The notes below the pieces were generated by a model that was not told the DNA's origin, searched no databases, and saw nothing but the letters and a program-made list of their open reading frames with translations. From NCBI GenBank assembly GCA_963675295.2, contig CAXXKJ010000002.1:3392001-3456000 (forward strand): a stretch of 64,000 bases of DNA, read 5' to 3'. Shown here in pieces: positions 55,300-64,000 of the stretch; the first letter of the stretch is position 1; each line of letters opens with the position of its first letter. The translations under genes and the position numbers were made by a program. The stretch comes from a bacterium. GTDB lineage: Bacteria; Electryoneota; Electryoneia; Electryoneales; Electryoneaceae.

Positions 55300-57861
55300 A
55301 TGAAGTTGTTACGGATTCTATTGGTTGCGGCTCTGCTCGTGCCTGTATTGACGGGGGCAGCATTCGCGTTCGAGAAAACCGTACTCATCGAGTACTTCAC
55401 GAACACGGGTTGCGGTCCTTGCGCGGGCCAGCACGACCCAATCGAAAACATGCTCGCACAGTATACGCGTGATGAGATTGCGTTCATCTGCTATCACGTG
55501 AGCTGGCCGAGCAGTTCGGATGGCTACTACCAGGCCAACATCAGCGAAAACAGTGGTCGCTGGGGTTACTACGGCGTTAACTCGGTGCCGTGGTTCGAAG
55601 GCGAAGGCATCTACAATGACAACCCGCTATCGGGTGTCCTGCCGCAGACGGCTGCCCGGATCGGCAATTACACGCCGTTCGACATCGACCTCGGCGACTG
55701 GCCGGCACAGGGTACGACGGTGCCAATCAGCGCGACGGTGACCTGCGCGGAAGCGACTACGGGCGACATGCGCTTCAACATCGTCCTCGTCGACAAGATG
55801 CAGGTGGTCCCGCCGGGCTCGAACGGGATCGATGACTACAAGTACAACATGCTCGACATGGCGTTCTCGTACAGCGGTCAGACGTTCACCTCCACCGGTG
55901 GTAACCAGGAGCTGGACTTCAGCTACGACTTCAGCATTCCGGCCAACAACACGTTCGGCAACCTCGCCGTCGTCGCGTACGTGCAGAACTACTCGACTGG
56001 CGAGATCATGCAGTCGGCGTACCTCTCCTCGCCGGAAGTCGTGATTGCTGGTACCGTCACGCACGCCATCACCGGTCTCCCGATGTGGCTGGCGGTTGTG
56101 CAGTTGAACGGTGGCAATGACGGCGAAGACATTACCGGTCAGGACGGGAGCTACAGCTTCAACGGCCTCGGTTCTGGTGACTACGCGTTCAGCGTCTTCA
56201 TGAACAACTACGAGACTCTTGAAATTCCGGCTGAGTTCTTCGACTATGGCAACCACACGCGTGACTTCGAGCTGATGAACCAGCACGAAGGCCTCATGAT
56301 GGTTTCCGGTGTTGGGTCGGAAGATGTGGTCAGCGGTGCGGACGAAGTCGGCAACCTGGCGTTCCTCGCCTGTGGTACCGACGGTCTCAAGATCGTGGAC
56401 ATTACTGATTTCGAGAACCCGGTAGATGTCGGTTCCCTCGATGTCGGTGACGACGCGATGGACGTTGTCGTTGATGGTGACTACGCGTATGTCAGCGGTG
56501 TGAACGCGGTGTACGTGGTTGATATCAGCACCCCGTCGAGCCCCTCGCTGGCGACGTCGGTGACCACCTCGTCGAGCAACTTCAACCTCGACAAGGCTGG
56601 CAACTACGTGTACGTCGCGGGTGCGAGTGCGGGTCTCGTCGTGATCGACGCGTCGACTCCGGGCAGCGCCTCGCTGGTGACCGAGTTTGACACGCCGGGT
56701 TATGCGCGTGATCTGTACGTGATGGGCGGTTATGTCTACATCGCGGACGGTTCGCAGGGTCTGGCGATCATCGATGTGTCAACCCCGGGCAGCCCGAGCC
56801 TGACCAGCAACATCAACAGCAGCGGTTATGCCGGCGGCGTTGAGATCGTCGACGATGTCGCGTACCTCGCGGACGACTCCAACGGCGTGATGATGATTGA
56901 CGTTTCAGACGTCAACAACCCGACCGACCTGGGTTCGTTCGATACGACAGGTCGCGCAAAGCAGCTCGATTCCGTCGACAACTACCTGATCGTCGCGGAA
57001 TACGCGAACGGTCTGTATGCGTACAGCCTGACCGGAACCCCGGCGCAGGTTGGCTACACGCTGACCCCGGGTGCCAACACGAATAACGTGACGGCCTTCG
57101 GCGATCACCTGTACGTTGCGGATGATGACTGGTTCCTGTTCACAGATGCGTCCGGTCTCGCTTCGACCCCGGGTGTTGTCTTTGAGGTGACCGGTATCAA
57201 CACGCAGATTCCGGCTGGCGGCGGTACGTTGACCTACAACGTCAACTTCCAGTACAACCTGCCGAACCCGGTGAACTCGGTTGAGTACTGGACCAAGGTG
57301 ACCACACCTGGTGGCCAGACCCTCGGCCCGATCATGCTGCAGTCGTTCAACGCGACTCCGGGCATGCAGGTTAACACGAACATCGCGCATCAGGTTCCGG
57401 GTACGCTCGGCGCAGGCACCTACACCTACCGTGCCTACCTCGGGAACTATCCGAACCCGCAGTTGATGGATACGTTCACGTTTACGAAGGACGGCAATGC
57501 GCTGGCCGACGTGATCGACCTCGGCGAGTGGACCACCACTGGTGGCTTCGACAACCTGGCGCAGCTGGCGTCTGAGTTCGAAACCGTGCTTCCGACCGAA
57601 TACGCGATCGAAAATGCGTATCCGAACCCGTTCAACCCGACCACGACGATCAACGTCGCTCTGCCGGAAGCGGCTGAGCTGAACGTGACCGTTTACAACG
57701 TGATCGGTCAGCAGGTTGCTCAGCTTGCGAACGGCCGGATGGATGCGGGACGTCATACGTTGACGTTTGACGCGTCGAACCTCTCCAGCGGTCTGTACTT
57801 CGTTCGTGCCACGGTTCCTGGGCACATGAATGATGTCCAGAAGGTCATGCTGGTCCGCTAA
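55300..57861 (+). CDS. T9SS cargo protein: Omp28/thioredoxin-like CxxC domain, carboxypeptidase-regulatory-like domain, LVIVD repeats and sorting domain
   Basis: VLIEYFTNTGCGPC...YHVSWP...YYGVNSVP; IAGTVT...TGQDGSYSF; repeats YVYVA..GLVVID.S.P; AYPNPFNP...SSGLYF...KVMLVR. Confidence 0.88.
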   Translation: MKLLRILLVAALLVPVLTGAAFAFEKTVLIEYFTNTGCGPCAGQHDPIENMLAQYTRDEIAFICYHVSWPSSSDGYYQANISENSGRWGYYGVNSVPWFEGEGIYNDNPLSGVLPQTAARIGNYTPFDIDLGDWPAQGTTVPISATVTCAEATTGDMRFNIVLVDKMQVVPPGSNGIDDYKYNMLDMAFSYSGQTFTSTGGNQELDFSYDFSIPANNTFGNLAVVAYVQNYSTGEIMQSAYLSSPEVVIAGTVTHAITGLPMWLAVVQLNGGNDGEDITGQDGSYSFNGLGSGDYAFSVFMNNYETLEIPAEFFDYGNHTRDFELMNQHEGLMMVSGVGSEDVVSGADEVGNLAFLACGTDGLKIVDITDFENPVDVGSLDVGDDAMDVVVDGDYAYVSGVNAVYVVDISTPSSPSLATSVTTSSSNFNLDKAGNYVYVAGASAGLVVIDASTPGSASLVTEFDTPGYARDLYVMGGYVYIADGSQGLAIIDVSTPGSPSLTSNINSSGYAGGVEIVDDVAYLADDSNGVMMIDVSDVNNPTDLGSFDTTGRAKQLDSVDNYLIVAEYANGLYAYSLTGTPAQVGYTLTPGANTNNVTAFGDHLYVADDDWFLFTDASGLASTPGVVFEVTGINTQIPAGGGTLTYNVNFQYNLPNPVNSVEYWTKVTTPGGQTLGPIMLQSFNATPGMQVNTNIAHQVPGTLGAGTYTYRAYLGNYPNPQLMDTFTFTKDGNALADVIDLGEWTTTGGFDNLAQLASEFETVLPTEYAIENAYPNPFNPTTTINVALPEAAELNVTVYNVIGQQVAQLANGRMDAGRHTLTFDASNLSSGLYFVRATVPGHMNDVQKVMLVR

Positions 57862-57888
57862 GCGCCATAGCGCTATCTGGCGAAACAA

Positions 57889-57920
57889 TACGAGCCGTCC
57901 GGTATTCCGGACGGCTCGTT
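57889..57920 (+). terminator. Terminator hairpin; left copy of the 32-bp target-site duplication
   Basis: tacgagccgtccggtattccggacggctcgtt, identical to 59535-59566. Confidence 0.9.
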
Positions 57921-59534
57921 CAGACTGCTGACAAACCCCGTCATTTGATGGGGTTTGTTTTGTATTCACACGGCACATCCTACTGGTTGGATTTGTGGTA
58001 TAGTTGGCAGGTTGTGTTTGGTTCTTCGCTCGATTTTTCTGTCGAGACCGTTGAGCGTGGTGCGCTGGGATAGAAGACCGGCTAAATAGGTCCATAGTCT
58101 TGAGATAGAGGGGTGTTTCGCCATTGTCATGGCGATCTTCTTCATGTTCTGGCAGGCGGCGGACAGCAGGCATTGTTCACGTGCTCCGGCTATCGAGCGC
58201 AGCCGGGCATAGCGATGGCCATACAGTTGTTTGGCTTCGCCGAAGCTGCGTTCGACCGTCTCCCGTCGTCGCCGGTACGTGGCCCGTCCGCGTTCTGTCC
58301 GAGCGGTCGCGATCATCTTTTCACGGCTGGCCTGCCACACGTGCCGGGTGACCACCTTGCGGTGATTGGCGCTTTCGGTGCATTGCTGCAACAGGGGACA
58401 GAGGACACAGCACGACGGGTCGGAAACATATTCCTGGTAGCCTTCACGTGTCGTCGTGCGATACGGTAGTGTCTGGCCGCCGGGACAGTGGTAGACATCC
58501 CCCAGCGAATCGTACACAAACAGTCGTTTTGCCAGCATTCCCTTCTTGCGTGTCGTACGTACCGAGCCGATCACGCCGTCGATCTTTCGATCCTCCAGCC
58601 CCTTGCAGATGGCGGCGGTATTGTAGCCGGCGTCGAGACCGACCCTTTCCACCGGGAAGTGGAATTTGCGAATCTGTGTGTCGAGACGCTCGAGGTAGGG
58701 GGTGCTGTCATGTACATTGCCGGGGGTGACATGCGTGTCGGTGATGATTCCGGCCTTGTTGTCTACGGTACGGTGGTCAAGGTAGAAAAAGCCCTGCGGC
58801 TTGCCGTCCCGGACCATGAAGCCGCTGTCCGGATCGGTGGTGCTGACCTTGATTTCCTTTGTCGCCGGCGGTGATGAATCGTCATTGTCACGTTTCTTCA
58901 GTGGCTTTTTGCCATGCGCCAGGCGATCCGCATCCACCGCCTCTTCCAGATCGGACAGATACGACTTCGTCGCCACTGTCACCTGCCGCTTCTTGAACTT
59001 CTTCTTGTTCGCGCTGGCTTTCAGGTGCGTCGAATCGGTGAACAAGACCCGGCCATCGACCAGGCCACGACGGATCGCCAGCAGCACGATCTCGTCGAAG
59101 ATCTCCTGGAAGATGGTGCTTTCACGGAAACGGCGTCGTCGATTCTGGCTGATCGTGGACGCGTCCGGCACCTTGTCACGCAGATCCAGCCCGAGGAACC
59201 AGCGATAGGCAACATTGACCTGGATCTCACGCACCAGCTGACGCTCGGACCGAATTCCGTACAGGTAACCGATGAACAACATCTTGAACAGAAGGACAGG
59301 GTCAACAGCCGGACGGCCATTGTCGGCGCTGTAGAGATGCTTTACACGATCCCGGATAAACGAAAAATCAATTGCCGCATCAATCTTCCGCAAAAGATGA
59401 TCGTCCGGGACCAAATCGTCAATGTAAATAAGCTCCGCTGCGCTTTGATGAGCTTTGGAAGTAGGTAGCATCTACAAAGATACAAAACAAATCCCCACAG
59501 GTCGAGAGCCCGTGGGGACTTTGTCAGCAGTCTG
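57921..59534 (-). mobile_element. IS1182-family insertion sequence, 1614 bp
   Basis: Perfect 15-bp terminal IRs CAGACTGCTGACAAA (57921-57935 and 59520-59534), flanking 32-bp direct repeats, single transposase. Confidence 0.93.
57966..59471 (-). CDS. IS1182-family DDE transposase
   Basis: DDLVPDDHLLRKID, GRPAVDP.LLFKML, GIRSERQL, DSTH, STTDPDSG, DAGY, RRETVERSFGEAK. Confidence 0.95.
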   Translation of the reverse strand: MLPTSKAHQSAAELIYIDDLVPDDHLLRKIDAAIDFSFIRDRVKHLYSADNGRPAVDPVLLFKMLFIGYLYGIRSERQLVREIQVNVAYRWFLGLDLRDKVPDASTISQNRRRRFRESTIFQEIFDEIVLLAIRRGLVDGRVLFTDSTHLKASANKKKFKKRQVTVATKSYLSDLEEAVDADRLAHGKKPLKKRDNDDSSPPATKEIKVSTTDPDSGFMVRDGKPQGFFYLDHRTVDNKAGIITDTHVTPGNVHDSTPYLERLDTQIRKFHFPVERVGLDAGYNTAAICKGLEDRKIDGVIGSVRTTRKKGMLAKRLFVYDSLGDVYHCPGGQTLPYRTTTREGYQEYVSDPSCCVLCPLLQQCTESANHRKVVTRHVWQASREKMIATARTERGRATYRRRRETVERSFGEAKQLYGHRYARLRSIAGAREQCLLSAACQNMKKIAMTMAKHPSISRLWTYLAGLLSQRTTLNGLDRKIERRTKHNLPTIPQIQPVGCAV

Positions 59535-59570
59535 TACGAGCCGTCCGGTATTCCGGACGGCTCGTTTTCC
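59535..59570 (+). terminator. Terminator hairpin with T-tract; right copy of the target-site duplication
   Basis: acgagccgtccgg-tatt-ccggacggctcgt followed by tttcc. Confidence 0.88.
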
Positions 59571-59592
59571 TTCTGGACCCGTGGCTCAGTTC

Positions 59593-59844
59593 TTACTCGA
59601 CAGCAGCGTCAGACTCAGACCCGTTGTCTCGCGGCGAACTGTAGCGCCAGAATCGCGGCGGCTTGCCGTTGCCTGAATGCAGGTACACAATACTCGGCGC
59701 ATGTGTTCGTGCGATCTGGCGAGCCAGATCGACGATCATGTCTTTGTAGGGGTCCCGTGCGTACACACGCCCGCTTGTTTCCTGCAATGTCCAATTGTTG
59801 GCCGAGTCCTTTCGAATGTGAAAGGTCTTTACCCCTTCGACCAT
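59593..59844 (-). CDS. Small DUF2188-like protein
   Basis: FHI....W......R......K...LARQIA.....VYLHSGNG pattern. Confidence 0.55.
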   Translation of the reverse strand: MVEGVKTFHIRKDSANNWTLQETSGRVYARDPYKDMIVDLARQIARTHAPSIVYLHSGNGKPPRFWRYSSPRDNGSESDAAVE

Positions 59845-60282
59845 ATTGTCCCCACCCGGTAGGTTAAGTCGTTCCTGCCCTTCTCAAGCTTACAGCTGCT
59901 TTATCGCTGAGTAAGGCTGAGAATCGCCATCCAACGCCCTGTCTCCAGGAGAGGTAACTTGTTGCTACTATGAGAGATAGCAACTGAACTCAACAGTTGT
60001 GAACAGCAAGTACAATTGGAGAAGTCTGCTTGTACACGGGAAATCAAGAAGCAATGACGTTTGTGGACAACTCTTGGGTAATGGTTGTAATTTTATTCAT
60101 TCAATAGCAGTATTTCTTGCATCGGAATTACAAGTATGCTCATTCTCAACATCGACGATTGTCTTGCAGCCGTCTCGACCTCAGCTGGCCCCGGCTTGCC
60201 TTTCAAGTTAGGAGCGTTTTACTTACGGTTTCAGTCGCATCATCCTCATGAATGGGCAGCAACACCGAAGGAGAAGTCACAG

Positions 60283-61371
60283 ATGCATGCACCCCCGCTT
60301 CCGATCAGCCACATTCATCATGTCGAGCTCGCCGTCGGCAATGCCAAGCAGGCGTCTTACTATTACCGCAACGCGTTTGGTTTTGACCAGGTCGGCTACG
60401 CCGGCCCGGAGACCGGCCAGCGTGATCGCGCGTCGTATCTCTTGAGACAGGGCAACGCACACATCATCCTGACGACGCCGATTTACAAGGATGATCCGCT
60501 CGCGGTATTTCTCAATGAACACGGTGATGGTGTTATCGACATCGCCTTCCGCGTCAACAACGTGGACTCGGATCATGTTTCCGCGGTCAGCCGTGGCGCG
60601 AAGGAAGCTGCGGCACCGTTTACGGTCAAGGACAAGCACGGTGAAGTGCGGCGTTCTGCGATCCATACATACGGTGATGTCGTCCACACCTTCATCAATT
60701 CGGACAGTTACGACGGGTTCTTCCTGCCCAACTTCGAGCCGTGGAAGATTCAGGGCCGCAACAACGGCCTGCGCGCGTTCGACCACATGGTCGGCAACGT
60801 GGAAGACCGGCAGATGGATGTCTGGGCAAACTGGTACCAGCAGGTGCTCGGCTTCCAGCAGTTCCTCAGCTTCGACGACAAGCAGATTTCGACGGCGCAC
60901 TCGGCCCTGCGCAGCAAGGTGATGGCGTCCGACAACATGCGCATCAAGATGCCAATCAATGAACCGGCGGACGGGCTGAAAAAAAGTCAGATCCAGGAAT
61001 ACGTCGAGTTCAACAACGGTCCAGGCGTGCAGCACATCGCGTTATACACCGAGGACATTATCGACACCCTGTCCACCATGTACGAACAGGGCGTCGAATT
61101 CCTCGAGGTGCCGGACGCGTATTACGACGAGTTGCAGGACCGTGTCGGTGCGATCCAGGAAGATATCAGCGTGCTCAAGAAGCTCAAAGTGCTGGTCGAC
61201 CGGGACGAAAAGGGCTACCTGTTGCAGCTGTTCACCAAGCCGGTGGAAGATCGTCCAACGTTGTTCTACGAAGTTATCCAGCGTCGCGGCGCGGAAGGCT
61301 TTGGTGCCGGTAACTTCAAGGCGTTGTTTGAGGCGATCGAACGGGAGCAGGCTCGCCGCGGAAATCTGTAA
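60283..61371 (+). CDS. hppD: 4-hydroxyphenylpyruvate dioxygenase
   Basis: HHVELAVGNAKQA, HGDGV.DIAF, DHMVGN, PINEP, QIQEY, GVQHIAL, LLQLFTKP, FYEVIQR, GFGAGNF. Confidence 0.97.
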   Translation: MHAPPLPISHIHHVELAVGNAKQASYYYRNAFGFDQVGYAGPETGQRDRASYLLRQGNAHIILTTPIYKDDPLAVFLNEHGDGVIDIAFRVNNVDSDHVSAVSRGAKEAAAPFTVKDKHGEVRRSAIHTYGDVVHTFINSDSYDGFFLPNFEPWKIQGRNNGLRAFDHMVGNVEDRQMDVWANWYQQVLGFQQFLSFDDKQISTAHSALRSKVMASDNMRIKMPINEPADGLKKSQIQEYVEFNNGPGVQHIALYTEDIIDTLSTMYEQGVEFLEVPDAYYDELQDRVGAIQEDISVLKKLKVLVDRDEKGYLLQLFTKPVEDRPTLFYEVIQRRGAEGFGAGNFKALFEAIEREQARRGNL

Positions 61372-61632
61372 CTGGTGGCCGGTTATCGGCAATAGCTATC
61401 GGTTATCGGTATCCGGTAAACGGTTGTCGGTAGTCTGTGGGTTGTTGCCATAGCCCATAGCCTACAGCCCGAGGTCAGTGGTCAGTGACTCATCACTCAT
61501 CACTCACGACTGGATACGTGCCCGTGTTTGCTTGCAAACGCGGACCCGGACAAGCAACGAATTTGGATCCAGAGCCCAGAGCCCGATTTCTCAAGTCCGA
61601 GAGACAAGAGACTAAAGACGAAAGACGAGAAC
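61372..61632. repeat. Composite heptamer tandem-repeat array
   Basis: CGGTTAT-type, AGCCCAT-type, TCAGTGG, ACTCATC x3, AGAGCCC x2 and AGACRAR-type blocks. Confidence 0.82.
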
Positions 61633-61633
61633 C

Positions 61634-62800
61634 ATGCCCATCTATCACACCTTAGGCGACATCCCGCGGAAACGGCACACCGTCTTCCCGAAGAAGAGCG
61701 GCGACGGCATCCATCACGAAGAATTGATGGGGACGTATGGCTTCGACGGCGCCTCCTCCCTGCTGTACCACCTCCATCCGCCGACAACGGTGCTCAAGGA
61801 ACGGCAGTTGCAGATCGTGAACTGGGAAGCCGACCCTGAACCGCATGTGCGGATGCGGCATTTCCGTCTCTTCGATTTGCCGAAGGGTGGCAGTCCGGTG
61901 CTGAACCGTATCCCGGTGCTGTACAACAATCACGTCGCGGTCAGCTTTGTCCAGCCGGACAAGTCGGATGATTTCTTCTTCCGCAACAGTCAGGGCGATG
62001 AGCTGGTGTACATCGCGGAAGGTGAGGGTGTACTCGAGTCGGTTTACGGCGACCTGCCGTACCACGCCGGCGACCACCTGATCATCCACCGTGGCATCCT
62101 GCACCGGTTCAAGCTGGGCAAGGGTCCGCATCGGTATATGGTCTTTGAGGGCACCGGGTACTTCCGCTATCCGAAGCGCTACCAGAACGATAAGGGCCAG
62201 CTGCTTGAACACAGTCCGTATTGCGAACGCGACATCCGCCGTCCGGAGTCGCTGCAGGTCCACGACGAAAAGGGCGAGTTCAAGCTGGTGATCAAGCGGC
62301 AGAACGTGCTCACCGAAGCGATTCTCGGCTCACATCCGTTCGACGTCGTCGGCTGGGACGGATACTACTACCCGTGGGCGTTCAACATCAACGACTTTGA
62401 GCCGATCACCGGCAGCCTGCACCAGCCGCCACCAGTGCACCAGAGTTTCGAATGCGAACGATTTGTCGTCTGCGCGTTTGTGCCACGCATGTTCGATTAC
62501 CACCCCCAGGCGATCCCGGCGCCGTACAACCACTCGAATGTGATGAGTGACGAGATGCTGTTCTATGCCAACGACGAGTTCATGAGCCGCAAGGGGATTG
62601 AAATGGGGTCGTTGACGCTGCATCCGGCCGGTTTCCCGCACGGTCCGCAGCCGGGCAAGTACGAGGGCAGTGTCGGCGCCAAGCGCACCGAGGAAATCGC
62701 GGTGATGATGGACACCTTCGACCCGGTCAAGATCGCCAGGGCGGTGACGCAGGTCGAGGATCACACCTACGGCCGCTCGTGGATCAACAACATCGAGTAG
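61634..62800 (+). CDS. hmgA: Homogentisate 1,2-dioxygenase
   Basis: PRKRH, SLLYH, HPFDVVGWDG, HQPPPVH, PYNHSN, TLHP.G.PHGP, E.AVM.DTF; adjacent to hppD. Confidence 0.95.
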   Translation: MPIYHTLGDIPRKRHTVFPKKSGDGIHHEELMGTYGFDGASSLLYHLHPPTTVLKERQLQIVNWEADPEPHVRMRHFRLFDLPKGGSPVLNRIPVLYNNHVAVSFVQPDKSDDFFFRNSQGDELVYIAEGEGVLESVYGDLPYHAGDHLIIHRGILHRFKLGKGPHRYMVFEGTGYFRYPKRYQNDKGQLLEHSPYCERDIRRPESLQVHDEKGEFKLVIKRQNVLTEAILGSHPFDVVGWDGYYYPWAFNINDFEPITGSLHQPPPVHQSFECERFVVCAFVPRMFDYHPQAIPAPYNHSNVMSDEMLFYANDEFMSRKGIEMGSLTLHPAGFPHGPQPGKYEGSVGAKRTEEIAVMMDTFDPVKIARAVTQVEDHTYGRSWINNIE

Positions 62801-62866
62801 TTCGCACAACGGAGCCCGGGTGATGATTGTGGATGCACTCGTCTCTGCGTATCCGTCTCGCAACTC

Positions 62867-62894
62867 AAGCCACGCGGTTTCGCGTGGCTTTTCT
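62867..62894 (+). terminator. Intrinsic terminator after hmgA
   Basis: aagccacgcg-gttt-cgcgtggctt followed by ttct. Confidence 0.75.
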
Positions 62895-62951
62895 CTGTCC
62901 AGATGTGGGGATAACGTACAGGTGTGACACGTTGTCAGCCGTGGAGGATCC

Positions 62952-63368
62952 ATGGGTACGCGAACAGCTTGGCGAGTAGCGGCGGCGCTCGCGGTATGGG
63001 TGGTACTGGCCGGGTGTTCGACCATCGCCACCTTCAATCAGCGGGCGTTGGAGAACGCGACCGACCTCAAGGCGTACGCGTTGATCCTGATGGACCACGC
63101 CGACGAGGACGCCGACAAGTATTCGGAAGACATCGAATACCTCGAGCTCCGCCTCTGGCAGGCGTACGAGTATGCCGCCGCGATCCCGAAGAACGAGGAG
63201 AGCGCGCGCCAGTGGGAGATTCTCAAGGACCCGGAGCGTGACCTGCTCGGCGGATTTCTCCGTGACTGGAAGGACGGTCCGTTGCTCCCGTTCCTGATCA
63301 CGGAGAAGAAGAAACAGATCAGCGCGGCGTTTGATGAGATCATCCGTCTCGAAAAAGCCAAGCTCTGA
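62952..63368 (+). CDS. Hypothetical lipoprotein
   Basis: Lipobox LAG-C; helical body. Confidence 0.75.
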   Translation: MGTRTAWRVAAALAVWVVLAGCSTIATFNQRALENATDLKAYALILMDHADEDADKYSEDIEYLELRLWQAYEYAAAIPKNEESARQWEILKDPERDLLGGFLRDWKDGPLLPFLITEKKKQISAAFDEIIRLEKAKL

Positions 63369-63382
63369 GGCTGGGAGGAACC

Positions 63383-63700
63383 ATGGATCAGTTGCTGCAA
63401 GCCATCCTGGACGATGTCCGCGTTTATGTCGGCCAGAATGTGCGTGAGTACGCCGATCAGGTGTTGACCGATAGCAAGGACTTTCTCGAGTCCACAAAGG
63501 ACGATCTGCAATCGTGGACGGCGGCCATCGCACGCGGTGAATTGGACCAGGCCGGGTTCGAGTCGCTGCTGCGTGGTAAGCAGGACCTGCTCGAGATGCG
63601 TGCGTTGACCGAAGCCGGACTCGCCAAGGTGCGGATTGATACCATCCGCAACGCGATCATCGGCATCGTGATCGATCGAGCGCTGGGAGAACTCGGCTGA
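63383..63700 (+). CDS. Hypothetical helical protein
   Basis: GGAGG RBS; directly follows the lipoprotein gene. Confidence 0.7.
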   Translation: MDQLLQAILDDVRVYVGQNVREYADQVLTDSKDFLESTKDDLQSWTAAIARGELDQAGFESLLRGKQDLLEMRALTEAGLAKVRIDTIRNAIIGIVIDRALGELG

Positions 63701-63741
63701 ATCGTTTGCCACCCGGCGAACACAAACACGTACCTTCCGCC

Positions 63742-64000
63742 ATGGCTTTTCACGTACATACCGTCCAGAAACTGCCGCCGAAGTACAAGGGCACGCCCCG
63801 TCCCGCAATCGCGGTGGCGGGCCGTTCCAATGTTGGCAAATCGACGCTGATCAACCTGCTGCTTAACCGCAAGGTAGCGGCCACCTCGAAGCAACCGGGC
63901 CGCACCCGAGGTGTGCACCGCTTCCTCATCAACGAACGCTGGGACCTGGTCGATCTGCCGGGCTACGGGTTCGCCAAGGTCGGGGAAGACCTGCGTGGCA
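63742..64000 (+). CDS. engB: Ribosome biogenesis GTP-binding protein YihA/YsxC (EngB), partial
   Basis: Not in the ORF track. Manual translation: [16 protein letters not shown]...TSKQPGRT...[12 protein letters not shown]; runs off the window end. Confidence 0.92.
   Translation, partial: MAFHVHTVQKLPPKYKGTPRPAIAVAGRSNVGKSTLINLLLNRKVAATSKQPGRTRGVHRFLINERWDLVDLPGYGFAKVGEDLRG

Noticed and set aside
59850-60280. oriC-like region with DnaA-box-like words (TGTGGACAA, TGTGAACAG)
   Set aside because: Only one or two mismatched boxes, with no cluster and no dnaA context; likely the hppD promoter region.

Overview
64-kb, roughly 60% GC (visual estimate) chromosomal window from a diderm bacterium, probably of the FCB supergroup (three proteins with T9SS-type C-terminal sorting domains, a PorV/PorQ-like barrel, many lipoproteins; the taxonomy is inference). 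In order it holds: (1) a LacI-regulated sugar-utilisation locus with an ABC importer, two GH130 enzymes and a Gfo/Idh/MocA oxidoreductase, with visible operator palindromes; (2) a split RiPP-like cassette resembling the SynChlorMet (Scm) system but with no radical SAM or lasso cyclase gene in the window: a YxxPxL-leader precursor, a PqqD/RRE protein, an HprK-like kinase, an ABC exporter and an S24/S26-peptidase-nucleotidyltransferase fusion, bracketing two paralogous T9SS cargo proteins; (3) three tandem SurA/parvulin PPIases, outer-membrane proteins, ltaE, yhaM-like and tadA; (4) two PEP-synthase-like dikinase-domain proteins followed by selA, nfeD and comEC; (5) hicBA, an archaeal-type gatD, tRNA-Gly(CCC), der, priA and an ECF sigma operon; (6) an IS1182-family element flanked by a 32-bp duplication of an entire terminator hairpin; (7) hppD, hmgA and a partial engB. 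At least seven intergenic regions carry modular arrays of drifting 7-nt tandem repeats, three of which share linker motifs. All product calls come from motif recognition by eye; no database searches were run.
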